DNA of 63,501 nt, counting the filler, from Octopus bimaculoides (lineage: Eukaryota), in assembly GCF_001194135.2 (NCBI RefSeq). It is 4 parts of 4 records of this genome, joined end to end, with 100 filler letters (N's around TTAATTAATTAA, not from the genome) between each part and the next. Parts side by side here need not be neighbours in the genome. Positions count along the whole stretch, not along the records: positions 1 to 23,372 come from NC_069007.1; 3 more parts are not named here. The stretch is one strand, 5' to 3'. A program made the translations under genes and the position numbers. The notes under the pieces were generated by a model that made no database searches, was not told the DNA's origin, and was given only the letters and a program-made list of their open reading frames with translations. Below, in pieces: positions 1 to 11,208 of this stretch. Numbering within the stretch: the stretch's first letter is position 1; each line of letters starts with the position of its first letter.

Positions 1-115
1 ATGTATGTATGTATGTATATATGTAAAATTTATTAATAAGGGTAGAAATTGATATTAATCAATTAAAACCAGTGGTCTAGCATATTAAAAAATCCGAAGA
101 TTAAAATTATATTAC

Positions 116-417
116 ATACAAAAATAAGAGGAATGACCAGCAAAAGTGGACTCCTATATGCTAGAAATAGATGCCGAATCATCTAACCACGAGAAATATG
201 TTCTCAGTAAAAATTTAGCGACGCAACAGACTGTAAAAGGGCAAGACAAATGAAAAAAAATTTTTTATTTAGTATTTTTTCATTTGTCTTGCCCTTTTAC
301 AGTCTGTTGCGTCGCTAAATTTTTACTGAGAACCAATTTTTCGTGGTTAGATGATTCGGCATCTATTTTTAGCATATAGGAGTCCACTTTTGCTGGTCAT
401 TCCTCTTATTTTTGTAT
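116..417. mobile_element. Fold-back (long inverted repeat) element, copy 1
   Basis: Arm 116-260 (ATACAAAAATAAGAGGAATGACC...GCAAGACAAATGAAAA) is the near-perfect reverse complement of 275-417; a related copy lies at 40820-41245. Confidence 0.9.
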
Positions 418-1353
418 ATGTATATATGTATGTATGTGTGTGTCTTTGTGTCTGTATTTGTTTCCCAACACTGCTTGACAACCAGTGCTGGTGTGTTTAC
501 GTCACCGTAACTTAGCGGTCCAGGTGAAACAGCGATAGAATAAGTACCAGGCTAAAAAAAAAAAAAAATACATACGACTAATTTTTTCGTTTTTCTTGAA
601 TAATCGTACAAGATGCACTGCGTGGAACGTAAATTCGCAAAACTTTTTTTAAAATATCAATAACTGAAAAAGCTGTGACCAATGTGCCGGTTATACGGTG
701 TCCCTCGATGAAGAATCGACAATAAGCTGTGCACATGCGCGAATAACTTTTTTAACCTTTTTAAAAGTTTTCAATTTGGGATTTCAAAACTCATTTTGAA
801 ATTATAAAGAGGAAAAAATCGCAGATTCGGCCTGTCTGAATTTTAAAATTATTCTCTAAAAAAAAAAAAAGAACTTCCAAAACGACTGGAAGTTTTAGGT
901 TGGGGGAGGGATGGGGGGAGTTACATTAAAATGTAATTCTTGTATGTACTACACAGATACGCAAAAATTGTGTGAAATTTCCAAAAAGGGAAAAAGTCAT
1001 GCGGGCTTATATGGGATGCTTAAACCAGAATTCTGTCCCTTTCAATGAGAAACATCAAAAGCAATTCTCCAGGGTTGAAAATGCAAAAGAAAAGTCCAAC
1101 ACACACACACATACGCACGCACACACGCGTACACAAAATAGTAGTATATGGGAAATAACTCTAAAGAAATTTCATTCGGAATTAACTCGCTTACATACGC
1201 ACATTTTGTTATCCAGTGCTAGTAATAATATCCGTTAACATAAGAAATTGAAGCACGATTTATTTGCGGCAGAGACGTATACATATGAATATGTAGGCGC
1301 GTGTGTGTGTGTGTGTGTACCAGTGCGTTTTGTATGCCTGTATATATATGTGT

Positions 1354-1734
1354 GGAGGCACAATGGCTCAGTGGTTAGGGCAGCGGACTCGCGGTCATAG
1401 GATCGCGGTTTCGATTCCCAGACCGGGCGTTGTGAGTGTTTATTGAGCGAAAACACCTAAAAGCTCCACGAGGCTCCGGCAGGGGTTGGTGGCGAACCCT
1501 GCTGTACTCTTTCACCACAACTTTTTCTCACTCTTACTTCCTGTTTCTGTTGTGCCTGTAATTCAAAGGGTCAGCCTTGTCACACTGTATCACGCTGAAT
1601 ATCCCCGAGAACTACGTTAAGGGTACACGTGTCTGTGGAGTGCTCAGCCACTTGCCCATTAATTTCACGAGCAGGCTGTTCCATTGATCGGATCAACTGG
1701 AACCCTCGACATCATAAGCGATGGAGTGCCAACA
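1354..1734 (+). mobile_element. tRNA-derived SINE, family A, full length
   Basis: A-box-like TGGCTCAGTGG and B-box-like GGTTTCGATTCCC; closely similar to 6433-6707 and 15280-15659. Confidence 0.9.
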
Positions 1735-1969
1735 TATATATGTATATATAAATATATATATTATAATAATTATAATATGACAACAAAAGAATGAATGAGA
1801 CCTTGATATTACGTAAAGAGAGAAATTTATCTATAATATAATATGTGACAAATTAGTCGGTTGCCATAATAAAACTCAGACTTGCGGATGTCCGGCGTTT
1901 CGTCATTTATTTAGACAAGCAAAAATGCTATGAAAATGACCGTTAAGCATAGGGAAATTACTATGAGGT

Positions 1970-2160
1970 GGGCGAGCTGCAGAATCATTAGCGCACCGGA
2001 CAAAATTCTTAGTGTTTTTCCATCAGTCATTACGTTCTGAGTTCAAATTACATCGATGTTGACTTTGCCTTTCATCCTTTCGGGGTCGCTAAAATAAATA
2101 CCAGTTGAATACGAGAGTCGAAATCATCGACTTGACCTTACCCCAAATTTTAAGTTTTGT

Positions 2161-2163
<3 letters not shown>
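1970..2163 (+). mobile_element. SINE family C fragment
   Basis: Shares CTGAGTTCAAAT...GACTTTGCCTTTCATCCTTTCGGGGTCG...AAATAAATACCAGTT with the copies at 26908-27600. Confidence 0.75.
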
Positions 2164-2195
<32 letters not shown>

Positions 2196-2200
2196 AATGT

Positions 2201-2632
2201 AACCTCATGGACATCGGTGGCGATTTTTTCTTCCTCCGTTTTTCCCTTCTTTGGACTTTCCTTGTTTCCGACGAAGAGCTCCGCTCGAAACGTCATACTC
2301 TCTCTCTTTCCTTTCCCGAGCGTCTAGTAACACTATCTGCATCACGTCCTCACGTTGTTGTTTTCTGTTGTTGTTTTTTGTCTTTTTCCTTTTTTTGAAC
2401 CTATATATATAACCTCGTGGGCATCGGTGCCATTTTTCTCTTCCTCCGTTTTTCCCTTCTTTGAACTTTCCGTCTTTCCGACGAAGGGCTCCGCCCGAAA
2501 CGTCATACTCTCTCTCTTTCCTTTCCCGAGCGTCCAATAACACTATCCGTATCACGTCCTCACTTTGTTGTTTTTTTGTTATTGTTTTTTGTGTTTTTTT
2601 GTTATTGTTTTTTGTGTTTTTCTGGAACTATA
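2201..2632 (+). repeat. Two tandem 210-bp units, each with a minimal hammerhead-like motif (PLE pLTR or retrozyme-like)
   Basis: Units start AACCTCATGG (2201) and AACCTCGTGG (2411); motif CCGACGA-A-G(A/G)GC-TCC-GC(T/C)C-GAAAC-GTC at 2268-2294 and 2478-2504. Confidence 0.7.
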
Positions 2633-3273
2633 NNNNNNNNNNNNNNNNNNNNNNNNNNNNNNNNNNNNNNNNNNNNNNNNNNNNNNNNNNNNNNNNNNNN
2701 NNNNNNNNNNNNNNNNNNNNNNNNNNNNNNNNNNNNNNNNNNNNNNNNNNNNNNNNNNNNNNNNNNNNNNNNNNNNNNNNNNNNNNNNNNNNNNNNNNNN
2801 NNNNNNNNNNNNNNNNNNNNNNNNNNNNNNNNNNNNNNNNNNNNNNNNNNNNNNNNNNNNNNNNNNNNNNNNNNNNNNNNNNNNNNNNNNNNNNNNNNNN
2901 NNNNNNNNNNNNNNNNNNNNNNNNNNNNNNNNNNNNNNNNNNNNNNNNNNNNNNNNNNNNNNNNNNNNNNNNNNNNNNNNNNNNNNNNNNNNNNNNNNNN
3001 NNNNNNNNNNNNNNNNNNNNNNNNNNNNNNNNNNNNNNNNNNNNNTCTGGCGGTAAGTTTGAATTTTTTTATCCAAAACATCTGTTTGCACTATTATATT
3101 TTTGGAGTGTTCTGAAAACAAAAATATAATCTATATTATATTTCTTATTTCAGAAGTAGCTAATTAATCTTAAATTAATTTACTAAGGTTATTTTTCTGT
3201 TTTGTTGGAATTGACTTAGAATTTACGCAGTCGCTTATATGTGTGTTCTTATATAAGGGCAGCCTTTTTCGAA

Positions 3274-3859
3274 ATGAGTTAAATGTGTTACAAACGATAT
3301 TTTGAGAAATAGTTTTTCGAAAAGAGACTTCGATGGAAAACAATTAATTATAAGCGGTGAGAGACCAACACCGAATTTACCTAATTTGCGAAGCTACAAC
3401 AAGAAATTCACGAGACAATTTCAGATTAATTTGTATGAAAGGAAAAAAATGGTTAGCTGGAAGTGCTACACTTAATAAATTATTCTGTAGGCCTTGTTTA
3501 CTTTTTTCTTTGAAAATAATGTTTGGAATGATAAAGCTATGATGATTTAAATCATTTACAGATGGCTATGCTAAAGCATGAGCGTTCTCAAAGGCATATG
3601 AAATCTTTGATAGATCTTAAAATATTCGGGAATGTTCGCATAGACTTACAATTAGATGCATGTAAAAATCAGAGTAGGCAACATCATAACGAGAAAGTTA
3701 GATGAAACAGATCCATTCTGCAACGATTGATCGATGTTGTTATTTTCTTTAGGCCTCCAGGTTATCGCTTCCGGGGGTCATTTTGAATCTGAAGGCTCTA
3801 ATAATCGTGGAAATTATAAAGAACTGGTATATTTAATCAGCAAATATGACACAAAATAG
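3274..3859 (+). pseudogene. hAT-superfamily transposase N-terminal fragment (TTF-type Zn finger / DUF4371, ZMYM1-like), frameshifted
   Basis: Hand translation across frameshifts: RQFQINLYERK.WLAGSATLNKLFCRPCLLF...NVWND..YDDLNHL..AMLKHERSQRH...HNEKVR*NRSILQRLIDVV...FRGH.ESEGSNNRGNYKELVYLISKYD. Confidence 0.85.
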
Positions 3860-4004
3860 TCATTAGTGACAAGTAATCGATCGCGCGCAATTCCCTACTA
3901 GAATAGGAGAAATGTAAGCAAGGAAGGTAACATCTAGTTCTTCTACTGTTAACCACATCGTGATTTCCTGTTGCATATATTCGTAAAGATGTTATGTGGA
4001 TCTA

Positions 4005-5030
4005 TTTCAAAACGGGGGCACCAGTATTTTCTTAACGAAACACTTTGAAACTTGGGACACTGGTAGAATGTGTCATATAAAACATCTTTTACTCTTAGTC
4101 TTCTTAACAAAAAAACGTACATCGCAAGTTATTCCATGTTAAAGTTGTCGTATTTTTGTAATTTCAACCAATCACTGACGTCTATTCAGCTGAATACAGT
4201 TACTGCTGGGCGGTCATAAAAATGTTATTCCCTATGACATATTTCATCCGGTTTAATCGTAATGTATACGCATATATTGTTTATAAAATAAATTACGCTG
4301 TGCACATCTATGTGTGTAACAATTTTAGAGTTCGGATTCTAGAGTTAGGGTTAACAGTCTGGTTAGGGTTAGGGGATTAATACGATATACACCGTTACAG
4401 CGCTAACTGTTTTCAACTGAATAGACGTCAGTGATTAGTAGAAATTATCGAAATAAGACATTTTTTTACATGAAATAAATTCGAAGTTTGAAAGTCTTTC
4501 GGTACCAAAAACACTACATAAAACATAAATGAAAAATGTTGCCCATCAAAANNNNNNNNNNNNNNNNNNNNNNNNNNNNNNNNNNNNNNNNNNNNNTGTG
4601 TGTTTTAAAATATTTCTCCGAACTTGGTTGGGGGATTAAGAGGTAAAGAAATAGTAGGTAAAAAAATAATAAAGGGAACTATGTTTTAACTGTTTATCAG
4701 TACATTGGAAACATTGATGTTCGAGAGTTCTTCTTCCACTATCAATTACAATAGTATTTATAGATCTTTTTGGATTGACGGGCAACAATTTTTTACATGA
4801 AATAACTTCGAATACAAAAATTTTTATAACACAAAATATACAAGTATTCGAAGTTTGAAAGTGTTTCGGTACCAAAAACACTACATAAAACATAAATGAA
4901 AAATGTTGCCCATCAAAACAAAAAGATCCATCTTTTTTTCTTGTAACCCTTCGTTTTGTAGACACGATGGTATATGCTTCGTTTTGTAGACATGATGATA
5001 TATGCTTCGTTTTGACTTCGATTAGAAAGA
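4005..5030. mobile_element. Non-coding repeat, probable non-autonomous DNA transposon pieces
   Basis: Internal inverted pair around 4163-4192 and 4410-4442; segment 4462-4551 recurs at 4790-4917; short TTAGGG motifs at 4346-4375. Confidence 0.5.
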
Positions 5031-5205
5031 GCATGCTGTATTGTTGACCTTATGAAGGGAAAACAGCCATTACTATTACATTCTCTTCTCTAAAAAGAAA
5101 TCGATGTAGTGTATCTATTAGAGAAGTTGAGATAATTAACTACAATGCAAGGGCATAATGCAAAATATTATCACCTAAAATTATGCACCTTGTCTTCAAA
5201 GGGGT

Positions 5206-5244
<39 letters not shown>

Positions 5245-5828
5245 ACTTGTCGTGTCAAAGTCATGGAACGGATTATTTCTTGTTCAGTAAGGGAGGTAAT
5301 CACAAAACAAATCTGGACTGCTTCCGAAATGTTTCTTGTTAGAGTTACTTCCCTTACAATGAGATTTATATTTTTGAATTTGTGAGATAACGAGAATGTT
5401 TTTATGTAAGTTACTCCGCAATAGTTGTTTTCTTTGTATTATAATCCTGTCTACAGTAGGCACAATTACGCGAATGTATATGGTTGTACGTGTGTATATG
5501 TTTGTGTGTGTATGTCTATGTATGTAAGTGTGTTTGTGTATGCATATCAATGGTTAGGGTTTAGAGTGAAACCGAAGATAAAATTGCATCCCCGAAAGAA
5601 AGGGGACAAAAACAAGCTCTGCATCTCCGCACTGCTGTCAGAGCCATTCCTTTAACTGAAATATAAAGGAGACATGTAGCAGATATAAGAAGGCGAACGA
5701 GGTGAGCCTACGTCGAAGTAATCATAAACAAAAGACAAAGAAGATACAGACAACCTCACCGTAACACACACATACATACACACACGCACACGCCACAGAC
5801 GCATGCGCACACACACACACACGCACAC

Positions 5829-5886
<58 letters not shown>

Positions 5887-6432
5887 NNNNNNNNNNNNNN
5901 NNNNNNNNNNNNNNNNNNNNNNNNNNNNNNNNNNNNNNNNNNNNNNNNNNNNNNNNNNNNNNNNNNNNNNNNNNNNNNNNNNNNNNNNNNNNNNNNNNNN
6001 NNNNNNNNNNNNNNNNNNNNNNNNNNNNNNNNNNNNNNNNNNNNNNNNNNNNNNNNNNNNNNNNNNNNNNNNNNNNNNNNNNNNNNNNNNNNNNNNNNNN
6101 NNNNNNNNNNNNNNNNNNNNNNNNNNNNNNNNNNNNNNNNNNNNNNNNNNNNNNNNNNNNNNNNNNNNNNNNNNNNNNNNNNNNNNNNNNNNNNNNNNNN
6201 NNNNNNNNNNNNNNNNNNNNNNNNNNNNNNNNNNNNNNNNNNNNNNNNNNNNNNNNNNNNNNNNNNNNNNNNNNNNNNNNNNNNNNNNNNNNNNNNNNNN
6301 NNNNNNNNNNNNNNNNNNNNNNNNNNNNNNNNNNNNNNNNNNNNNNNNNNNNNNNNNNNNNNNNNNNNNNNNNNNNNNNNNNNNNNNNNNNNNNNNNNNN
6401 NNNNNNNNNNNNNNNNNNNNNNNNNNNNNNNN

Positions 6433-6707
6433 AAGCTCCACGAGGCTCCGGCAGGGGATGGTGGCGAACCCTGCTGTACTCTTTCACCACAACTTTCTCG
6501 CACTCTTACTTCCTGTTTCTGTTGTGCCTGTAATTCAAAGGGTCAGCCTTGTCACACTGTGTCACGCTGAATATCCCCGAGAACTACGTTAAGGGTACAC
6601 GTGTCTGTGGAGTGCTCAGCCACTTGTACGTTAATTTCACGAGCAGGCTGTTCCATTGATCGGATCGACTGGAACCCTCGTCGTCGTAAGCGACAGAGTG
6701 CCAACAA
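6433..6707 (+). mobile_element. SINE family A (5' end lost in gap)
   Basis: Near-identical to the 3' two-thirds of 1354-1734. Confidence 0.9.
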
Positions 6708-6899
6708 TATATATATATATATATACACACACACACGTACGTGCTTTGGACTGAGTCCTTTATTATGGAAAAGTTGAAAGGAGAGAAATTAATGAGAGAA
6801 ATTAACTGCTAAGTTTAAAAAAATTATATAATTGGTTGCAAATGATGAACAATACAGGACCTTGTATGGTCCAGCATTCCTTAACATCCATGAACAAGA

Positions 6900-7255
6900 A
6901 ACTATGTGAGAGATGAAGAAGGAAAGATGAATGGAATGAGAAGGAGAAGCAGGCACAGATGAGAGTGAGGTAAAGGGATAAGCTGAAGTGAGAGGAGAGT
7001 TGAAGGGTAAGAAAGATTTAAAGGGCTAAACAGGTGTAGGAGTAGAAGGAAAAGATGCTTGTTGAAATCTGTCAGAGACATGATGCCAATTTTGAACCTG
7101 AAACAGTGTTCCCTTAAATTCCTTGTGAATGTGGACCCATGGTGTACAGTGATGCTGCAGTCTGATAGGTGAATGATGGAATGGTCTTTTCCACCAAAGT
7201 GAGTGGTGGGCAGCAGATTGGCTTCGTATATGGTAATTGTATGCTTTGAACATGT
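6900..7255 (-). mobile_element. Diverged Penelope-like GIY-YIG C-terminal remnant with CT-rich tail
   Basis: HF..KDHS..HLS...ITVHHGSTFTRNLREHCFRFKIG parallels RHFRSTGHSLQHLS...LHRSH of the 19100-19300 fragment. Confidence 0.5.
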
Positions 7256-7261
7256 TCCCAA

Positions 7262-7500
7262 AAGCAATCAGCAAGGTGTCTGCTTTCCAACCACATGGTT
7301 CCAGGTTCAATCCCACTGTATGGCACCTTGGGCAAGCATTAACTATGGCCTTGAGCTGACCAAAGTCTTGCGAGTGGATCTGTTAAACAGAAACTGAAGA
7401 AAGCTTGTCGTGTGTGTGTATGTGTTTGTGTTTGTCTCCCAACACCACTTGATAACTGGTGTTGGTGTGTTTATGTTCCCATTACTTAGTAGTTATACAC
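7262..7500 (+). mobile_element. SINE family B, 5' portion
   Basis: CCAACCACATGGTTCCAGGTTCAATCCCACTG...GGCACCTTGGGCAAG head shared with other family B copies. Confidence 0.75.
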
Positions 7501-7877
7501 TTACCTACACACACACATGCACATACACACACTGCCAAGTACATGTACACATGTATATATAATATATATCTCACTGTATATTCCTACATCCAGTCTTGTG
7601 ACATTTGATACCTCATGTCTACACTGAATGATGGGACTTCTGTGGTCAGCTCTCGTCTAAAACTATGAACCACCAATCAATATGATCAAGCTTCTAAATA
7701 GTTTCTTATTTCTTTACTGCCCACAAGGGGCTAAACATAGATGAGACAAACAAGGACAGACAAAGAGATTAAGTCGATTGCATTGACCCCAGTGTGTAAC
7801 TGGTACTTAATTTATTGACCCCGAAATGATGAAAGGCAAAGTCGACCCCGGCGGAATTTGAACTCGCCCGAGCGTGA

Positions 7878-8277
7878 TCATTGCCAGAGCAGCTGTCTGA
7901 CTTCTGTGCCAGTGGCACGTAAATAGCACCATTTGAACATGATCGTTACCAGCGTCACCTTACTGGCATGTGAAAAAAAATTTGAGCAAGATTGTTGCCA
8001 GTGCCACTGGACTGGCTCCTGTGCAGGTGGCATGTAAAATACACCATTTTGAGCGTGGCCGTTGCCAGTACCGCCTGACTGGTCTTCGTGCCGGTGGCAT
8101 GTAAATGCACCCACTACACTCTCGGAGTGGTTGGCGTTAGGAAGGGCATCCAGCTGTAGAAACTGTGCCAGATCAGATTGGAACCTGGTGTAGCCATCTG
8201 GTTTCACCAGTCCTCAGTCAAATCGTCCAACCCATACTAGCATGGAAGGCGGACGTTAAATGATGATGATGATGATG
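7878..8277 (+). mobile_element. SINE/LINE-tail family E with internal ~65-bp subrepeats and (GAT)n tail
   Basis: Repeated TTGCCAGT...GGTGGCATGTAAA...CACC units, then TTAGGAAGGGCATCCAGC...GGACGTTAAATGATGATG; inverted relative at 9445-9830. Confidence 0.75.
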
Positions 8278-8769
8278 AACATAACAGCAGACGAAATACC
8301 GCTAAGCATTTCGCCCGGTGTGCTAGCGATTCTGCCAGCTTCTAGATAGTTTCTGTATACCAAATTCCATGCAAAACATTGATCACTAACCCAACATTCT
8401 GTGTAGAATGACCCAACAAGAGACAACATTGTTGTGTGGCAAACTTCTAAACCATGCAGCCATGTGTATTTTAATTTATGCATGAAACAGATTGATGTCA
8501 AATACAAATCAAGTAAAAGAATACGGAATAACAGTTACAGTGTATGTCTATTGATCCAGTAATTGCCTTTGACTCATTTGTAATTTGAATAATGGAGGTA
8601 TTTAGCATATACTGAGGCCTTCAATAACTTTACAGCAATTATGATATAATACCACATGGATTTTGACTTATAATAACTAATTATCTAAATGTAATTATTA
8701 ATTATCTAAACTGAAAGATATTTTGTTGTCTCAGTCTCTTGCAGATCACATTTAATTAATGTGTTAGCT

Positions 8770-9065
8770 TCCATGACAGACTTATATATATATGTTTATT
8801 CAGACTTCAGTCACTGCTTCTTTCATATGTCAGTTTTGATGATGTTGCTCAGATTCTGTTAAAATCTTCCTACATATGTTCAATTGGATTAAGGTCAGTG
8901 TATTTAAGCAATCCGTTTCTGAGATTTGATTGTGGATTTTTCTTTCTAAGCTTGTGATACCTTTCTCAGTATTGCATTGGGCTCTATCCTTTTGGAAAAT
9001 AATGGTCTTCTTCTAAAATTCCTTCTTAGAATAGATAGGTAACAGACCTTTCCTGGCATTTGCCA
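8770..9065 (-). pseudogene. Tc1-like DDE transposase fragment
   Basis: Minus-strand IIFQKDRAQCNT (cf. FQQDNAPCH) and TDLNPIEHM* (cf. SPDLNPIE.LW). Confidence 0.65.
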
Positions 9066-9090
9066 GTATTTTGGGTCATTTACTCTTTTA

Positions 9091-9436
9091 CTCTTTTACT
9101 TGTTTCAGTCATTTGACTGCGGCCATGCTGGGGCACCGCCTTTAGTTGAGCAGATCGACCGCAGGACTTATTCTATCGGTCTCTTTTTGCTGAACCGCTA
9201 AGTTACGAGGATGTAAACACACCAGCATCGGTTGTCAAGCAATGCTAGGGACACAGACACTCAAACACATATATACATATATACAACAGGCTTCTTTCAG
9301 TTTCCACCTACCAAATCTACTCACAAGGCTTTGGTCGGCCCGAGGCTATAGTAGAAGACACTTGCCCAAGATGCCACAGTGGGACTGAACCCGGAACCAT
9401 GTGGTTGGTAAGCAAGCTACTTACCACACAGCCGCT
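9091..9436 (-). mobile_element. tRNA-derived SINE, family B
   Basis: Tail CTTGTTTCAGTCATTTGACTGCGGCCATGCTG and tRNA-like head (rc GCGGCTGTGTGGTAAGTAGCTTGC...GGTTCAGTCCC); many copies in the window. Confidence 0.9.
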
Positions 9437-9444
9437 CTTGTGCT

Positions 9445-9830
9445 TAATTTAAGTCATCATCATCTTCATTTAATGTCTGTTCTCCATGTTGGTATGAGTT
9501 GGATAGTTTGAAGAAACTCGTCAACTTGAGGCATGCCTGGGCTCCATTTGTAAATTGTGGCATGGCTTCTATGGCCGGATGCCCTTCCTAATGCCAACCC
9601 CTTTATAGAGTGTACCAGGTAATTTTGTGTGGCACCAGCATGGGCGCTTTTACATAGCACTGGCATGGGTATGTTTACATGGCACCAGCACTCACAAGCC
9701 TTCCAGATTAGAATCTCTAGGCTGAAAGAAGGATATAGAGGATACACCTGTATACATGGTCAGCCATAATTTTACAAGTTAGCATGTCTTCTCAAGCACA
9801 GCTAATTGCTAACAGTTTTGGTCACTTGTC
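9445..9830 (-). mobile_element. Family E repeat, inverted copy
   Basis: CATCATCATC...GGATGCCCTTCCTAATGCCAACC is the reverse complement of the 8130-8270 tail. Confidence 0.7.
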
Positions 9831-9945
9831 ATCTCCTTTGTGAGGCCCAAAATCTGAACAATTTGGTTTTATTAGCTTTTGAATTCATTAGCTTCTTTCT
9901 TGGAACTCTTTGTTCGTATGCAAAGTGTTTCAATGCTGTTCTTAC

Positions 9946-9977
9946 ACAATAAGGCAACCACAGAACTTGTAAACTCT
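9946..9977 (-). other. Candidate internal exon (32 nt)
   Basis: Acceptor TTTATAACTTTTAG and donor TGT|GTAAGA. Confidence 0.3.
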
Positions 9978-10189
9978 CTAAAAGTTATAAATCAATATTG
10001 AATAACTTAGCAACTTAACTGCGGCCACCTGGATCTCTCCCCCACTCAGCAATCGCCTCCTTCATTCCTCCATTGATAACCATTGCTGAAGCACTGAGCA
10101 GTTTGTTGATTGGTTTTTCCCACACTGATGCCAGCCAATGACGTGTCCCCATGTAAAATCATTGATATCGTTTGTGTCAGCGGGCTTAC

Positions 10190-10242
10190 TTGCTGTGTAT
10201 TAACAAATTCAAGCCAAAATTAAACCAAAAACATTTATGAAC
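10190..10242 (-). other. Candidate internal exon (53 nt)
   Basis: Acceptor TTATTCTTTCTTTTTCTGCAG and donor CAA|GTAAGC. Confidence 0.45.
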
Positions 10243-10546
10243 CTGCAGAAAAAGAAAGAATAAATTTTAAAAAATACATCAATCCAACAGGAGGCTAAAA
10301 GTCACAACCCACTCTCTATATCTCTTTTTANNNNNNNNNNNNNNNNNNNNNNNNNNNNNNNNNNNNNNNNNNNNNNNNNNNNNNNNNNNNNNNNNNNNNN
10401 NNNNNNNNNNNNNNNNNNNNNNNNNNNNNNNNNNNNNNNNNNNNNNNNNNNNNNNNNNNNNNNNNNNNNNNNNNNNNNNNNNNNNNNNNNNNTCAATGCA
10501 TTTTATCTTTCTGCAAGTAAATTTTGATAGTTCAATTTTGGTAAAT

Positions 10547-10835
10547 GCTGAGACCCCCTTCGGTCATGGCTGACCATGGGATTACACCCAGAAAGTTACC
10601 CTCCCAGGCACAAGTCCAGGCAAGGTTGTTTATGGAAGACCAGCAGTCGCCCATGCATACTGGCCTCCCCTCTCCACGCCACCAGTGTTATCCAAGGGAA
10701 AGGCAAAGGGGCCGATACAGCTTGGCACCTGTGACGTCACAACTCATTTCTACAGATGAGTGAACTGCAGCAACGTGAAATAAAGTGTCTTTCTCAAGAA
10801 CACAACATGCAGCTCGGTCCAAGATTCAAATCTCC
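10547..10835 (-). mobile_element. tRNA-derived SINE, family D
   Basis: Matches 62805-63145 and the reverse complement of 32506-32821. Confidence 0.8.
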
Positions 10836-10844
10836 GGGCAAGAT

Positions 10845-11167
10845 GTAAACAGTAGCAGCACAACATCGTGAAGTATATTTGCCACCTAAATGTGGCTGAC
10901 CCACATAGCGTAGTATTTTGTATTTGGAATCAGTTCTCATCCCTAACTGGTGATTGTCACATGCTGATGACGGGTTACTTTCCAGAAACCTGGGTCCATG
11001 TGTATCATGTAAGGCTAGAGATGGGAACGATGATTTCCCTTTGCAAATACTGTTTGGACACAGACAGTGTGTAGTTAGCCAGCTGGAGATGCCCTCCTGG
11101 GGCTAAAAATAACAGTAGCATCATCCCATATGGGTCAGCCACATTTCGATGGCAAATATACTTCACG

Positions 11168-11169
<2 letters not shown>
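10845..11169. mobile_element. MITE with ~40-60-bp TIRs
   Basis: ATCGTGAAGTATATTTGCCACCTAAATGTGGCTGACCC (10865) versus GGGTCAGCCACATTTCGATGGCAAATATACTTCACGAT (11132-11169). Confidence 0.85.

Positions 11170-11208
<39 letters not shown>

Noticed and set aside
1354-1425. tRNA genes at SINE heads
   Set aside because: The tRNA-like boxes continue into SINE bodies and no complete acceptor stem is seen
8990-9090. P450-like DPKYW..P motif on the minus strand
   Set aside because: No PERF or heme motif; the same DNA is better explained as a Tc1 fragment in another frame
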